This document shows, piece by piece, positions 7,887-15,895 of a stretch of 24,263 nucleotides of DNA. The position numbers were made by a program, and so were the translations under genes. Positions within the stretch are counted from its first letter, which is position 1; every line of letters starts with the position of its first letter. The notes below the pieces were generated by a model. The model saw only the letters and a list, made by a program, of their open reading frames with translations. It had not been told where the DNA came from and searched no databases. Source of the DNA: an uncultured bacterium (lineage in GTDB: Bacteria; RBG-13-66-14; B26-G2; WVWN01); NCBI GenBank assembly GCA_964547385.1, contig CAZJNB010000004.1:1-24263 (forward strand). Direction: 5' to 3'.

Positions 7887-9490
7887 TGGCCGATAGGACA
7901 GCGCGTCGGGCGTTCGATAAGCGTATGCGGACCATAAAGGCCGGCGTGTATTCTCTGGTTATAGTGTTGGCGTTGGTCGGCGCCCTTGTCGTCTCGACGG
8001 TCCTACTGCCGCCGCAGATCGCGGCCTGGCGCTCGCGCCGCGCGGCCGAAGAAGCGCAAAAGCTCGTCGCCGAAGATAGAGTCTCCGAGGCTATGACGTT
8101 GCTCAAGCACGCCACCGCCCTCGACGCCGGAAACGAAAAGGCGTTCTTCAACTTGGCGGTGCTCGAGCTCGCGGTGAACGGCGACCCCGCCGCCGCCGCG
8201 GACAACTTCCGCCGCGCCGCGGACATCGACCGCGACTTCGGCCGCGCCTTCTACAATTTGGGCGTCGTCCAACTATTCTATCTTCACAAACAACGACTGG
8301 CCCTCGAGAACTTAAAGCGGGCCGTAGCGCTCGAGCCGGCGTACGCGCCGGCGCACGCCGCGCTCGGGCTGGCGCGGGAGGCCCTGGGGAAATACGCCGC
8401 GGCCCGCGACGCCTACGACCGTTACTTAGAACTCGAGGCCGACGGGACGTGGGCGGGACTGGTGAAACAACACCGGGCCGCTATCGGCGGCCTTCCCGCC
8501 GCCGACGAGCTCGCGGCGAAGATCTCGGCCGAGGACGACGTCTTCGAGCTCGTCGCCGTCGGCGACATCAGCTTAGCGCGGGGCGTGAACGTCGACCTCT
8601 ATACCGGCCGCTCCGAAAGTCCCCTCCGCTACGTAGCGCCGCTCATAAGCCGCGCCGCGGTCGCGTTCGGTAACTTAGAATCGCCGCTCACGAAACGGGC
8701 GCCGCGAGCCCCGACTAAAGGGCCGCGCGGCGGCTCGATATATCTAAAAGGCAACCCGGACTACGCCTTCCTCTTGACCGAAGCCGGCTTCGACGTGCTA
8801 TCCCTTGCGAACAACCACATTATGGATTACGGCCCCCAGGGCCTCGACGATACTATTTATTATTTGGACCAAGAGGAAATCAAACACTGCGGCGCGGGCG
8901 AGAACCTCGCCCGGGCGTCGGCGCCGGCGGAAGTGGACCTCGACGGCTATATCATCCGCTTCATCGCGTTCTCGGGCGTCGAACCCGCGTCCTATTTCGC
9001 GGGCCCCGGCAAACCCGGCGCCGCGGCCCTGACCGAGAGCGCGGTCGTGAGCGCGATAGGCCGAGCCAAGAAAGACGCCAACTTGGTGGTCGTCTCTCTC
9101 CACTGGGGCGAGGAATCTATGGCCTATCCCTCCTCCGAGCAGCGGCGGCTCGCCCGGCGCTTCGCGGACGCCGGCGCGGACCTAATCTTGGGCCATCACC
9201 CTCACGTCGTCCAGGGCGTCGAATCCTACGGAAGCTCCGTAATAGCGTACAGCTTGGGGAACTTCCTCTTCGATTCGCGTTACGCCGCGCGCCATTACTC
9301 CACCCTTTTGACGGTAGAAGTGTCGCGGAGCAAGGGTATCCTGGGCTTCCGGCTTATCCCCATTTATATCAAGGGAACCGAGCCGGTAACGGCGGCGGAC
9401 GGCTCTATGGCCGAGCTTATGGATTTCGCGCTGGTGAGCGCCGCGGGGCGGCGGACGCCCGTTACGCCGCCGGCCCGGCGGGAGAAATGA
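7886..9490 (+). CDS. TM-anchored TPR-repeat protein fused to a CapA/PgsA-type (PGA_cap) metallophosphatase-like domain. Capsule/poly-gamma-glutamate biosynthesis family.
   Basis: The ATG at 7886 overlaps the upstream stop codon (ATGA) and is preceded by GGGAGGAA. The protein has one TM helix (VYSLVIVLALVGALVVSTVLL) and TPR-like helices (AFFNLAVLEL, AFYNLGVVQL, AHAALGLAREALGKY). The CapA blocks follow: DISLARGVN, GNLESPLT, LSLANNHIMDYGPQGL, VVVSLHWGEE, GADLILGHHPHVVQGVE, IAYSLGNFLFD. The track start at 7865 is a TTG upstream extension. Confidence 0.8.
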   Translation: MADRTARRAFDKRMRTIKAGVYSLVIVLALVGALVVSTVLLPPQIAAWRSRRAAEEAQKLVAEDRVSEAMTLLKHATALDAGNEKAFFNLAVLELAVNGDPAAAADNFRRAADIDRDFGRAFYNLGVVQLFYLHKQRLALENLKRAVALEPAYAPAHAALGLAREALGKYAAARDAYDRYLELEADGTWAGLVKQHRAAIGGLPAADELAAKISAEDDVFELVAVGDISLARGVNVDLYTGRSESPLRYVAPLISRAAVAFGNLESPLTKRAPRAPTKGPRGGSIYLKGNPDYAFLLTEAGFDVLSLANNHIMDYGPQGLDDTIYYLDQEEIKHCGAGENLARASAPAEVDLDGYIIRFIAFSGVEPASYFAGPGKPGAAALTESAVVSAIGRAKKDANLVVVSLHWGEESMAYPSSEQRRLARRFADAGADLILGHHPHVVQGVESYGSSVIAYSLGNFLFDSRYAARHYSTLLTVEVSRSKGILGFRLIPIYIKGTEPVTAADGSMAELMDFALVSAAGRRTPVTPPARREK

Positions 9491-9512
9491 CGCCCGGCGA
9501 AGGATGCTCGCT

Positions 9513-10367
9513 ATGAAGGTTGACGTCGTCCAGGTCCGTTTTTTAAACGAACGCCGGGAGTTTCACATCCCGACGGGCGGCATCTCGCTCCGGACGGGCG
9601 ATGTTATAATCGTCGAGACGGAGGAAGGGCTCGATTGCTGCGAAGTCGTAACCGCGGCGCGGGGTTGTCCTCGCCGCAACTTCGAGCCGGCGCCGGACCT
9701 CACGATATTACGGAAGGCCACGCCCAACGACATCGAATGGCTCGCGACGAAGAGAGAGACGGAGGAGACCGCCGCCGAAGTCTGTAGGTCGTCGGCCGCG
9801 GCGTTGGCCCTCAAGATGAAACTGGCCTCCGTCAAGATGACCTTTGACGGCGCCAAGATAATCTTCTTCTTCTCGGCCGACCGGCGGGTGGACTTTCGGG
9901 CGTTGGTCCGCGAGCTCGCGAAGCGCTTTCGCACCCGTATCGAGATGCGCCAGATCGGCGTCCGCGACAAAGCCCGGCAGCTGGACGGCATCGGCGTATG
10001 CGGCCGTAGTCTCTGCTGTGCCACGTTCCTGCAGGATTTCCAACCGGTAACGATGAAGATGGCCAAAGAGCAAAACCTGACGTTGAGCCCCTCGAAGATA
10101 TCCGGCTATTGCGGCCGATTGATGTGCTGTTTGGCCTACGAGAACGAATCCTATCGCCGTCTCAAGAAAACTTTCCCGGCGCCCGGGACGCGGGTGAAGA
10201 CCGCCGAGGGCGAGGGGCAGATAAAAAGCATATCGCCGCTCGCCGGCTACGTAGTGGTCGCCCTCGACTCGGGCGCGACCGTAAAGGTGCGGCGGGAGAC
10301 GCTGGAACCCGCCGGTCCGGTCGAAGCGGAGGTGAAAGGCCCGCGCGAAGGCCGGGGAAAACGGTAA
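9513..10367 (+). CDS. ricT: PSP1-domain protein, RicT/YaaT family.
   Basis: The sequence MKVDVVQVRF...GDVIIVETEEGLDCCEVV... carries the PSP1 C-terminal region, including the paired Cys motifs GVCGRSLCCATFL and GYCGRLMCCLAYE that serve as Fe-S ligands in RicT. AAGGA lies 6-8 nt upstream of the ATG at 9513. An in-frame ATG at 9504 is the alternative start. Confidence 0.8.
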   Translation: MKVDVVQVRFLNERREFHIPTGGISLRTGDVIIVETEEGLDCCEVVTAARGCPRRNFEPAPDLTILRKATPNDIEWLATKRETEETAAEVCRSSAAALALKMKLASVKMTFDGAKIIFFFSADRRVDFRALVRELAKRFRTRIEMRQIGVRDKARQLDGIGVCGRSLCCATFLQDFQPVTMKMAKEQNLTLSPSKISGYCGRLMCCLAYENESYRRLKKTFPAPGTRVKTAEGEGQIKSISPLAGYVVVALDSGATVKVRRETLEPAGPVEAEVKGPREGRGKR

Positions 10368-10386
10368 CCCCGTTCGCCGGAGAGCG

Positions 10387-11022
10387 GTGAGGAACGTGCT
10401 CGTATTCGCCCTCGTCTTGGGGGCAGCCACGGCCGCGGCCGCGCGCGTTACGTTGACGCCCGCCGCGGGCGTGTTCCAGTATTACACCTACGACTACGGC
10501 ATAGCGGCGTCGCGCGTCGGCCCCGCGGCCGCGTTAGCGCTCCGGCTCGAGCGCGACGCGTCGGCGTTCGAAGTAGAGGCCCGATACCGCGGCTACGCCG
10601 ACGGCCCGTATATGGCCGGCGGCGAAGCGCGGGCGGCGTTTTACTTCCACGCGGCGCCGGCCCGGCCCTATATAGCGCCCACGGTGGGCTTCTGGATGCC
10701 GGGCGACGGCGCGCAAACGTATAAGGTCGCCGGCGCCGGCGCCCGGGCCGGCGCCTTACTCGCCGCGGAAGGTTCTACGCTCAGCCTCGACGTCTACGGC
10801 GGTTATACCGGCCAGTTCAACTTCGATTACAACGACCAAAGGCCGGCGTTCTTCTCGGAACTCGCCGCCGGCGCCCGCGGCGATTGGCGCCTCACCGCCC
10901 GAGTGAGCCTGTATTTCGAAGGTAGGATACTCTGGCCCGGCTTCTTCGGAGAGAAACACGGGCGACTGTATACGGTGGGCGTAGCGCCATTTGTGCTCGC
11001 CGGACCGGCGTTCGTGTTATAA
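10387..11022 (+). CDS. Secreted hypothetical protein, possibly an outer-membrane beta-barrel.
   Basis: A GTG start at 10387 is followed by the signal peptide MRNVLVFALVLGAATAAAARV. The mature part is rich in alternating aromatic and small residues (YYTYDYG, YRGYADGPYMAGGE, YGGYTGQFNFDYND, ARVSLYFEG). The C-terminus, ...PFVLAGPAFVL, is hydrophobic. I cannot assign a family. Confidence 0.45.
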   Translation: MRNVLVFALVLGAATAAAARVTLTPAAGVFQYYTYDYGIAASRVGPAAALALRLERDASAFEVEARYRGYADGPYMAGGEARAAFYFHAAPARPYIAPTVGFWMPGDGAQTYKVAGAGARAGALLAAEGSTLSLDVYGGYTGQFNFDYNDQRPAFFSELAAGARGDWRLTARVSLYFEGRILWPGFFGEKHGRLYTVGVAPFVLAGPAFVL

Positions 11023-11106
11023 TAGCAGAGGTGTTCTGACCATATCTATTCGCCGATTTGACGCTAACCGAGGAACCAATCCTCGCCTAACAACAGGAGG
11101 CTCGTT

Positions 11107-11889
11107 ATGCCGTATATAGGTTGCATCGGGACGCCGCTCATTATCGCCGGTTTCATATTGATATTCATCCTCGCGAGCGCGATACGTATCCTGCGCGAAT
11201 ACGAACGGGGCGTCGTCTTCCGCCTCGGCCGTCTCATCGGCGCGAAAGGCCCGGGGCTTATCATCCTCATCCCCATCGTGGACCGGATGGTGCGGGTGGA
11301 CTTACGCACGGTGGCGTTGGACGTGCCGCCGCAGGACGTCATCACCAAAGACAACGTCTCGCTGAAGGTCAACGCCGTAGTCTACTTCCGCGTAATGGAC
11401 CCGAACAAGGCCATCGTCGAGGTCGCCGACTTCCTCTTCGCGACCAGCCAGCTCGCGCAGACGACGTTGCGCTCGATATTGGGCCAATCGGAATTGGACG
11501 ACGTTCTCATCCACCGCGAGAAGATCAACCAGAGCCTCCAGCTCATCCTGGACGACGCGACGGACGCGTGGGGCATCAAGGTCTCGATGGTCGAGGTCAA
11601 GCACGTGGACTTGCCGGAAGAGATGCAACGGGCGATGGCCCGGCAGGCCGAGGCCGAGCGGGAGCGGCGCGCCAAGGTCATCAACGCCGAGGGCGAATTC
11701 CAGGCGGCCCAGCGGCTTACGGAGGCCGCGAAGATAATAGAATCGGCGCCGTCCGCGCTCCAATTGCGCTACCTTCAGACGCTGCGCGAAGTCGCCGCCG
11801 AGAACAACTCCACGACGCTCTTCCCGATTCCCATAGACCTGTTCACACCTTTCATCGAGGCCTACGCGCAGAAGCAGACGAAGAAGTAG
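11107..11889 (+). CDS. SPFH/band-7 (stomatin/prohibitin-like) membrane protein.
   Basis: AGGAGG lies 7 nt upstream. The protein has an N-terminal TM helix followed by the band-7 core: [14 protein letters not shown]...[51 protein letters not shown]...[16 protein letters not shown]. The Glu/Arg/Ala-rich coiled-coil tail [24 protein letters not shown] follows. Confidence 0.88.
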   Translation: MPYIGCIGTPLIIAGFILIFILASAIRILREYERGVVFRLGRLIGAKGPGLIILIPIVDRMVRVDLRTVALDVPPQDVITKDNVSLKVNAVVYFRVMDPNKAIVEVADFLFATSQLAQTTLRSILGQSELDDVLIHREKINQSLQLILDDATDAWGIKVSMVEVKHVDLPEEMQRAMARQAEAERERRAKVINAEGEFQAAQRLTEAAKIIESAPSALQLRYLQTLREVAAENNSTTLFPIPIDLFTPFIEAYAQKQTKK

Positions 11890-11985
11890 CGGCGAAGGAA
11901 ACGCCGCAACCTGTAGCCTATACGTAACGGCGACGCCCGCCCGGGCCGCTTCCGCACGAGCGGAGGGAGCCCCCGCCTTCGGGCT
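11890..11985 (+). other. Two GC hairpins in the SPFH - LEA_2 intergenic region. Candidate terminator or attenuator.
   Basis: The first is GCGGCG-AAGGAAA-CGCCGC (11890..11908). The second is GGGAGCCC-ccgccttc-GGGCTCCC at about 11960..11983, which overlaps an alternative pairing CTTCGGG / CCCGAAG. Neither has a clean U-tract. Confidence 0.3.
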
Positions 11986-12009
11986 CCCCCCGAAGAGAGG
12001 CAGACGTTG

Positions 12010-12480
12010 ATGATAACCAAGCGACGCCTTTTACTCCTGGCGGCCGTCGCCCTCTTCGCCGTGTGGGCGGCGCCGGCCTGCGGGCCGCTCAAAAAACGCC
12101 AAGCGCTCAAGGACTGCAACTTCCGCCTGGCCGACGTCGAGGTGAAGGACGTAACGCTCTCCGACGCCAACTTCGTCGTGAAGCTCGAGGTCTATAACCC
12201 CAACGACGTCGAGGTCATCGTGGACCGCTTCTCCTACAAGCTGTGGAGCGATAAGACCGCACTGGCCGAAGGGTGGCACCGCCGCCAGGAGAAGGTCGCC
12301 GCCGGCGAGACGAAGGTGCTCGCCCTCACCGCGAAGACGCCGCTCAAAAACCTCGGCCGCGGCGTCCTCAGCCAGCTCCGGGGGAAAGGCGGCGTAACTT
12401 ATACCCTTCAGGGGACCGTCTATCTGGACACGTTCTTGGGCGAGCTGGAGATACCGATAACGGTCCGCAAGAAGTATTGA
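12010..12480 (+). CDS. LEA_2 / WHy (water-stress and hypersensitive-response, NDR1/HIN1-like) domain lipoprotein.
   Basis: The start is the ATG at 12010 (GAGAGG upstream; the track start at 12007 is a TTG). The signal peptide and lipobox read LFAVWAAPAC. The mature domain begins CNFRLADVEVKDVTLSDANFVVKLEVYNPNDVEVIVDRFSYKLW and ends LQGTVYLDTFLGELEIPI, matching the Ig-like LEA14/WHy fold pattern. Confidence 0.55.
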   Translation: MITKRRLLLLAAVALFAVWAAPACGPLKKRQALKDCNFRLADVEVKDVTLSDANFVVKLEVYNPNDVEVIVDRFSYKLWSDKTALAEGWHRRQEKVAAGETKVLALTAKTPLKNLGRGVLSQLRGKGGVTYTLQGTVYLDTFLGELEIPITVRKKY

Positions 12481-12489
12481 GGTAACCGG

Positions 12490-15114
12490 ATGAGAGGGAA
12501 ATCCCTAACGCTGTGGACCGCGGCGGCGGCCCTCGCCGCCTCGGCCGCTTGGTCCGTAGATGCCAGCCGCGAGGTCTTCGCCAACGGCCTGACCGCCATA
12601 GTCGCCGAAGACCACGCCCACCCCGTCGCGACGGTCCGCGTCTACGTCAAGGCCGGCTCGATCTACGAAGACCCGTATTTGGGCGCCGGGATATCCCACT
12701 ATATTGAACACCTGCTCGGCGAGGGCACCGAGAAATATACGAAGGAGGAGATGACCGCGGCGGTCGCCGAGATGGGCGGCGCCTACAACGCGTATACCTG
12801 GAAGGACCAGGTCTGCTACCACATCGCCGTTCGCGCCGACAAGGTGGACCAGGCGATCGAACATATGGCCGAGCGCGTCTTCCGCTCTACGTTGCCGCCA
12901 GCGAGCGTTGCCAACCAACGCGATATTATCGTGAACGAAATCCGGATGGGCCGCGACGAGCCGAGCCGCGTCCTCCAGAAGGGCTTCTTCCGAACGGCGT
13001 TTCGCGAGCATCCGGCCCGCTACCCCGTTATTGGCTACGAGGAACTCTTCACCGCGCTCAGCCGCGACGACGTCTTCGACTATTACCGGCGCTACTACGT
13101 CCCGGCGCGCGCCGTCGTCGTCGTCGCCGGCGACGTGGATACCGCGGCGACGTTCGCGACGTTGCGCGCCACCTTCGGCGCACTGCCTCGCGGGAAGCCC
13201 GTCGCCGAGGAGCCTTTCGTGGAGCCGCCCCAGCTCGGCCGCCGCGACGTGGTCGTGCCGATGGACATCGAGGCCGCGTATCTATGGCTGGGCTTCCGGG
13301 CGCCGCCGCTCGGGTCCAAGGACGCCGACGCGCTGGAGCTGGCCGCGGCCATCGCGGGCCAGGGGCGCTCGAGCCGGCTCTACCGCCGCGTCCTGCAAGA
13401 GGAAGGTTACGTTACCGACATCAGCGCGTGGCTGAGCACGCCGCCGTCGGGCGCGGGGTATCTGGCGGTCTACGCCGAAGGCGAGGCGATGGAGCTCAAC
13501 TACGCCGAGGACGCGATCGTAGCGGAGATGCTTAACTTCGCCGAGAAGCCCGTCTCCCGGGCGGAGCTGGCTCGGGCCAAGAAGCTCCTCGCCGCCCAGC
13601 GCATCCTCGGCCTCCAGACCGTCGAGGACGTCGCCGCCGACCTCGGCGAGAACGAGCTCTATACCGGCAATATGAACTACGGCGACGAATCGCTCGCCCG
13701 CCTCGCGGCGATTACCGCAGACGACGTTCGCGCCGCGGCGCGACGCTATATCCGAGAATCGAATATGACGGTCGCGAAGGTCGTCCCGCGGGATTGGGCC
13801 GCGGCCGCGGTGCCGGGCCCGGGACGGCGGCCGCCCGGGCCGATGACGGAGCTAACCCTCGATAACGGCGTCCGCCTCCTCATCCGAGAAGACGCCGCCG
13901 CCGGCGCCGTCAACGTTCGCGGCGTCATCGCCGGCGGCTCCCGCGTCGCCGCGCCCGGCAAAGAGGGCGTCGCCGAGCTGGCCGCGGAGCTGTTGGTTAA
14001 GGGAACGAAGAAGCGCGACGCCGAGCGCATCGCCCGGGAGGTGGAAGACCTGGGCGCCAGCCTGAGCGCCGCCGCCGGCCTCGACTACCTGACGTTGGCC
14101 GCGGACTGCCTGGGCGAGGACTTCGAGAAAATTTTCGACGTCTACGCGGACTGTTTAACGAACGCCGTCGTTCCCGAAACCGAATTCACCCGCGAGCAGG
14201 ACCGCCTCGTGGCCCAGGTCCAGAGCGAGGACGACGACTGGGAGCTTCAAGCGGAAAAGCTGATGCGCCAGGCGCTATACCCCAAACACCCCTACCGCTA
14301 CCGCACCACCGGCACCGCCGATACGGTGGCCCGCATCACCCGCGAGGACGTGGTCGCCTATTACCAAAAATACGTTACGCCCGCCAACGTCGTAATCGCC
14401 GTCGTGGGCGACGTCGCCGCCGACGAGGTGGCCCGCGTCGCGGCGAAGAAGCTCGGGAAGTGGCGGCCGCCCGAGGCGCCGGCGCCGCTGGTCCCGACGG
14501 ACCCGCCGCCCGCCGACGAAGTCGACCTTACCCAAAAGACCGATAACGAGCAGGCCGTTATCTACTTCGGCTTCGCCGGCATCAGCTACGGCGACGGTGA
14601 CGAATTCCCGCTCCGCCTCCTCGACGCCGCCCTCTCCGGCGTCTACCTCCCCGGCGGCCGCCTCCACGAGCGCCTCCGCGGCGCCGGCCTCGTCTACGTC
14701 GTGCACGCCTACGACGTTATCGCCCAAGACCCGGGCTACTTCGCCATCTTCGCCGCAACGGCGCCCGACAAAGCGGCGGACGCGTTGGCCGCGATCGAGG
14801 AGGAGGTCGCGAAGATAAAGGCCGAGCCGATAACCGCGGAGGAGCTCGCGCTCGCGAAGGAGAACTGGCTCACGATGGACGCGCTCTACAACCGCCAGAG
14901 CAACGGCGACGCCGCGGCCCTCGCCGCCCGCGACGAGCTCGTCGGCCTCGGCTTCGACTGGCGCGACAACTTCGCCGCGCGCGTCCGGGCCGTAACCGCC
15001 GCGGACGTAACCGCGGCGGCCCGTAAATACCTCGTCAACCCGGTCGTCGTCGTAACGTCGCCCGCGGCCGCCGAAGAAGAAACGGCCCCCGCGGAGCCGC
15101 CGGCGCCGGAGTAA
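12490..15114 (+). CDS. Secreted tandem M16 (pitrilysin-family) zinc peptidase, two M16 modules, 874 aa.
   Basis: GAGGT lies 6 nt upstream. A signal peptide is present. The first module has the inverted zinc motif HYIEH (HxxEH) and the downstream Glu region (...NEIRMGRDEP). The second module is homologous (GVRLLIREDAAAGAVNVRGVIAGGSR...) and lacks HxxEH, so it is the non-catalytic half, as in PqqL-like enzymes. The C-terminal tail is Ala/Glu/Pro-rich. Confidence 0.85.
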   Translation: MRGKSLTLWTAAAALAASAAWSVDASREVFANGLTAIVAEDHAHPVATVRVYVKAGSIYEDPYLGAGISHYIEHLLGEGTEKYTKEEMTAAVAEMGGAYNAYTWKDQVCYHIAVRADKVDQAIEHMAERVFRSTLPPASVANQRDIIVNEIRMGRDEPSRVLQKGFFRTAFREHPARYPVIGYEELFTALSRDDVFDYYRRYYVPARAVVVVAGDVDTAATFATLRATFGALPRGKPVAEEPFVEPPQLGRRDVVVPMDIEAAYLWLGFRAPPLGSKDADALELAAAIAGQGRSSRLYRRVLQEEGYVTDISAWLSTPPSGAGYLAVYAEGEAMELNYAEDAIVAEMLNFAEKPVSRAELARAKKLLAAQRILGLQTVEDVAADLGENELYTGNMNYGDESLARLAAITADDVRAAARRYIRESNMTVAKVVPRDWAAAAVPGPGRRPPGPMTELTLDNGVRLLIREDAAAGAVNVRGVIAGGSRVAAPGKEGVAELAAELLVKGTKKRDAERIAREVEDLGASLSAAAGLDYLTLAADCLGEDFEKIFDVYADCLTNAVVPETEFTREQDRLVAQVQSEDDDWELQAEKLMRQALYPKHPYRYRTTGTADTVARITREDVVAYYQKYVTPANVVIAVVGDVAADEVARVAAKKLGKWRPPEAPAPLVPTDPPPADEVDLTQKTDNEQAVIYFGFAGISYGDGDEFPLRLLDAALSGVYLPGGRLHERLRGAGLVYVVHAYDVIAQDPGYFAIFAATAPDKAADALAAIEEEVAKIKAEPITAEELALAKENWLTMDALYNRQSNGDAAALAARDELVGLGFDWRDNFAARVRAVTAADVTAAARKYLVNPVVVVTSPAAAEEETAPAEPPAPE

Positions 15115-15156
15115 CGCCGGCGTTAATCTCGAGACGACGTATGTAACATATAAAAC

Positions 15157-15178
15157 AAGCGGCCCCGGCGGGCCGCTT
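15157..15178. terminator. Bidirectional intrinsic terminator between convergent genes: AAGCGGCCC-CGGC-GGGCCGCTT.
   Basis: A perfect 9-bp stem with a 4-nt loop. It is followed on the plus strand by TTTTAATTT, and on the minus strand by (revcomp) GTTTTATATGTT. It lies 43 nt after the M16 stop codon and abuts the stop codon of the minus-strand gene at 15179. Confidence 0.6.
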
Positions 15179-15691
15179 TTAATTTACCTCGTATCCGCTC
15201 AGCGTCATCGTCACCCGCGGCCAGTCGGCGAACTTGAACGATACCTTGAGGAGCTTGCCGGCGAGCTCGCCCTCCCGGCCCACGTAGGCATTTATCGTCG
15301 CGGCCTTGTTACCGGCCCAGCCGGTAACGTCGCCCTCGACGTGGACGCCGGCGAAGGTCCGGGCCGGGAACGTCGTGAGCTTCACTTGGCCTACCGCCGT
15401 CGCCCGCGCGCGCACGTGATAGACCTTGCCGCGGAGCGGGTAGTCGAAGCCGAGCTCGTCGCCCTTCGCGAGCCGCCGGCCTAGGAAGAAGTTCATCAAG
15501 GCGATGATCTTCTCGGCGCGCGCCGGGTCCACCGGCACGACGCGCCGCTCGAAGAGCGAGAGGAAGTGAACGGTCCCGCGCGCGCCGTCCACGACCATCA
15601 ACGAGCGGCCGGCGTTCTCGAGCGTAACCCGGCCGCCGGCGTCCTCCCGCCAGGCCACCTCGTCGTCGGCGACGAAGAAGAGCGCCAACAC
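15179..15691 (-). CDS. Hypothetical protein at the end of the rSAM operon, possibly a secreted LolA-/DUF3108-like beta-barrel. The start codon is unresolved.
   Basis: The track ORF begins at a GTG (15691) and gives a product with no signal peptide. The same frame is open all the way back to the upstream gene's stop codon (15896..15898) and encodes ...KALRTAVALTVLAAAAAGASGDAALTYKVTLSY..., which looks like a signal peptide. There is no ATG, GTG or TTG in that stretch. The body (…GFDYPLRGKVYHVRARATAVGQVKLTTFPARTFAGVHVEGDVTGWAGNKAATINAYVGREGELAGKLLKVSFKF…) is a beta-rich domain. The family assignment is tentative. Confidence 0.5.
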   Translation of the reverse strand: MLALFFVADDEVAWREDAGGRVTLENAGRSLMVVDGARGTVHFLSLFERRVVPVDPARAEKIIALMNFFLGRRLAKGDELGFDYPLRGKVYHVRARATAVGQVKLTTFPARTFAGVHVEGDVTGWAGNKAATINAYVGREGELAGKLLKVSFKFADWPRVTMTLSGYEVN

Positions 15692-15895
15692 GACCGCGGC
15701 CAGAAACTCGCGCGCGTTCTGATAGGAGAGCGTTACTTTATACGTGAGAGCGGCGTCGCCGCTAGCGCCGGCCGCGGCCGCGGCGAGGACCGTTAGGGCG
15801 ACAGCTGTTCGTAAGGCCTTGACGTCGTTTCCCCCGAGGGCGCGGCCCGAGCCGTTCGCGCGCGGCCGGCCCTCTGCTTGCGCGCGCGTCGCCGC

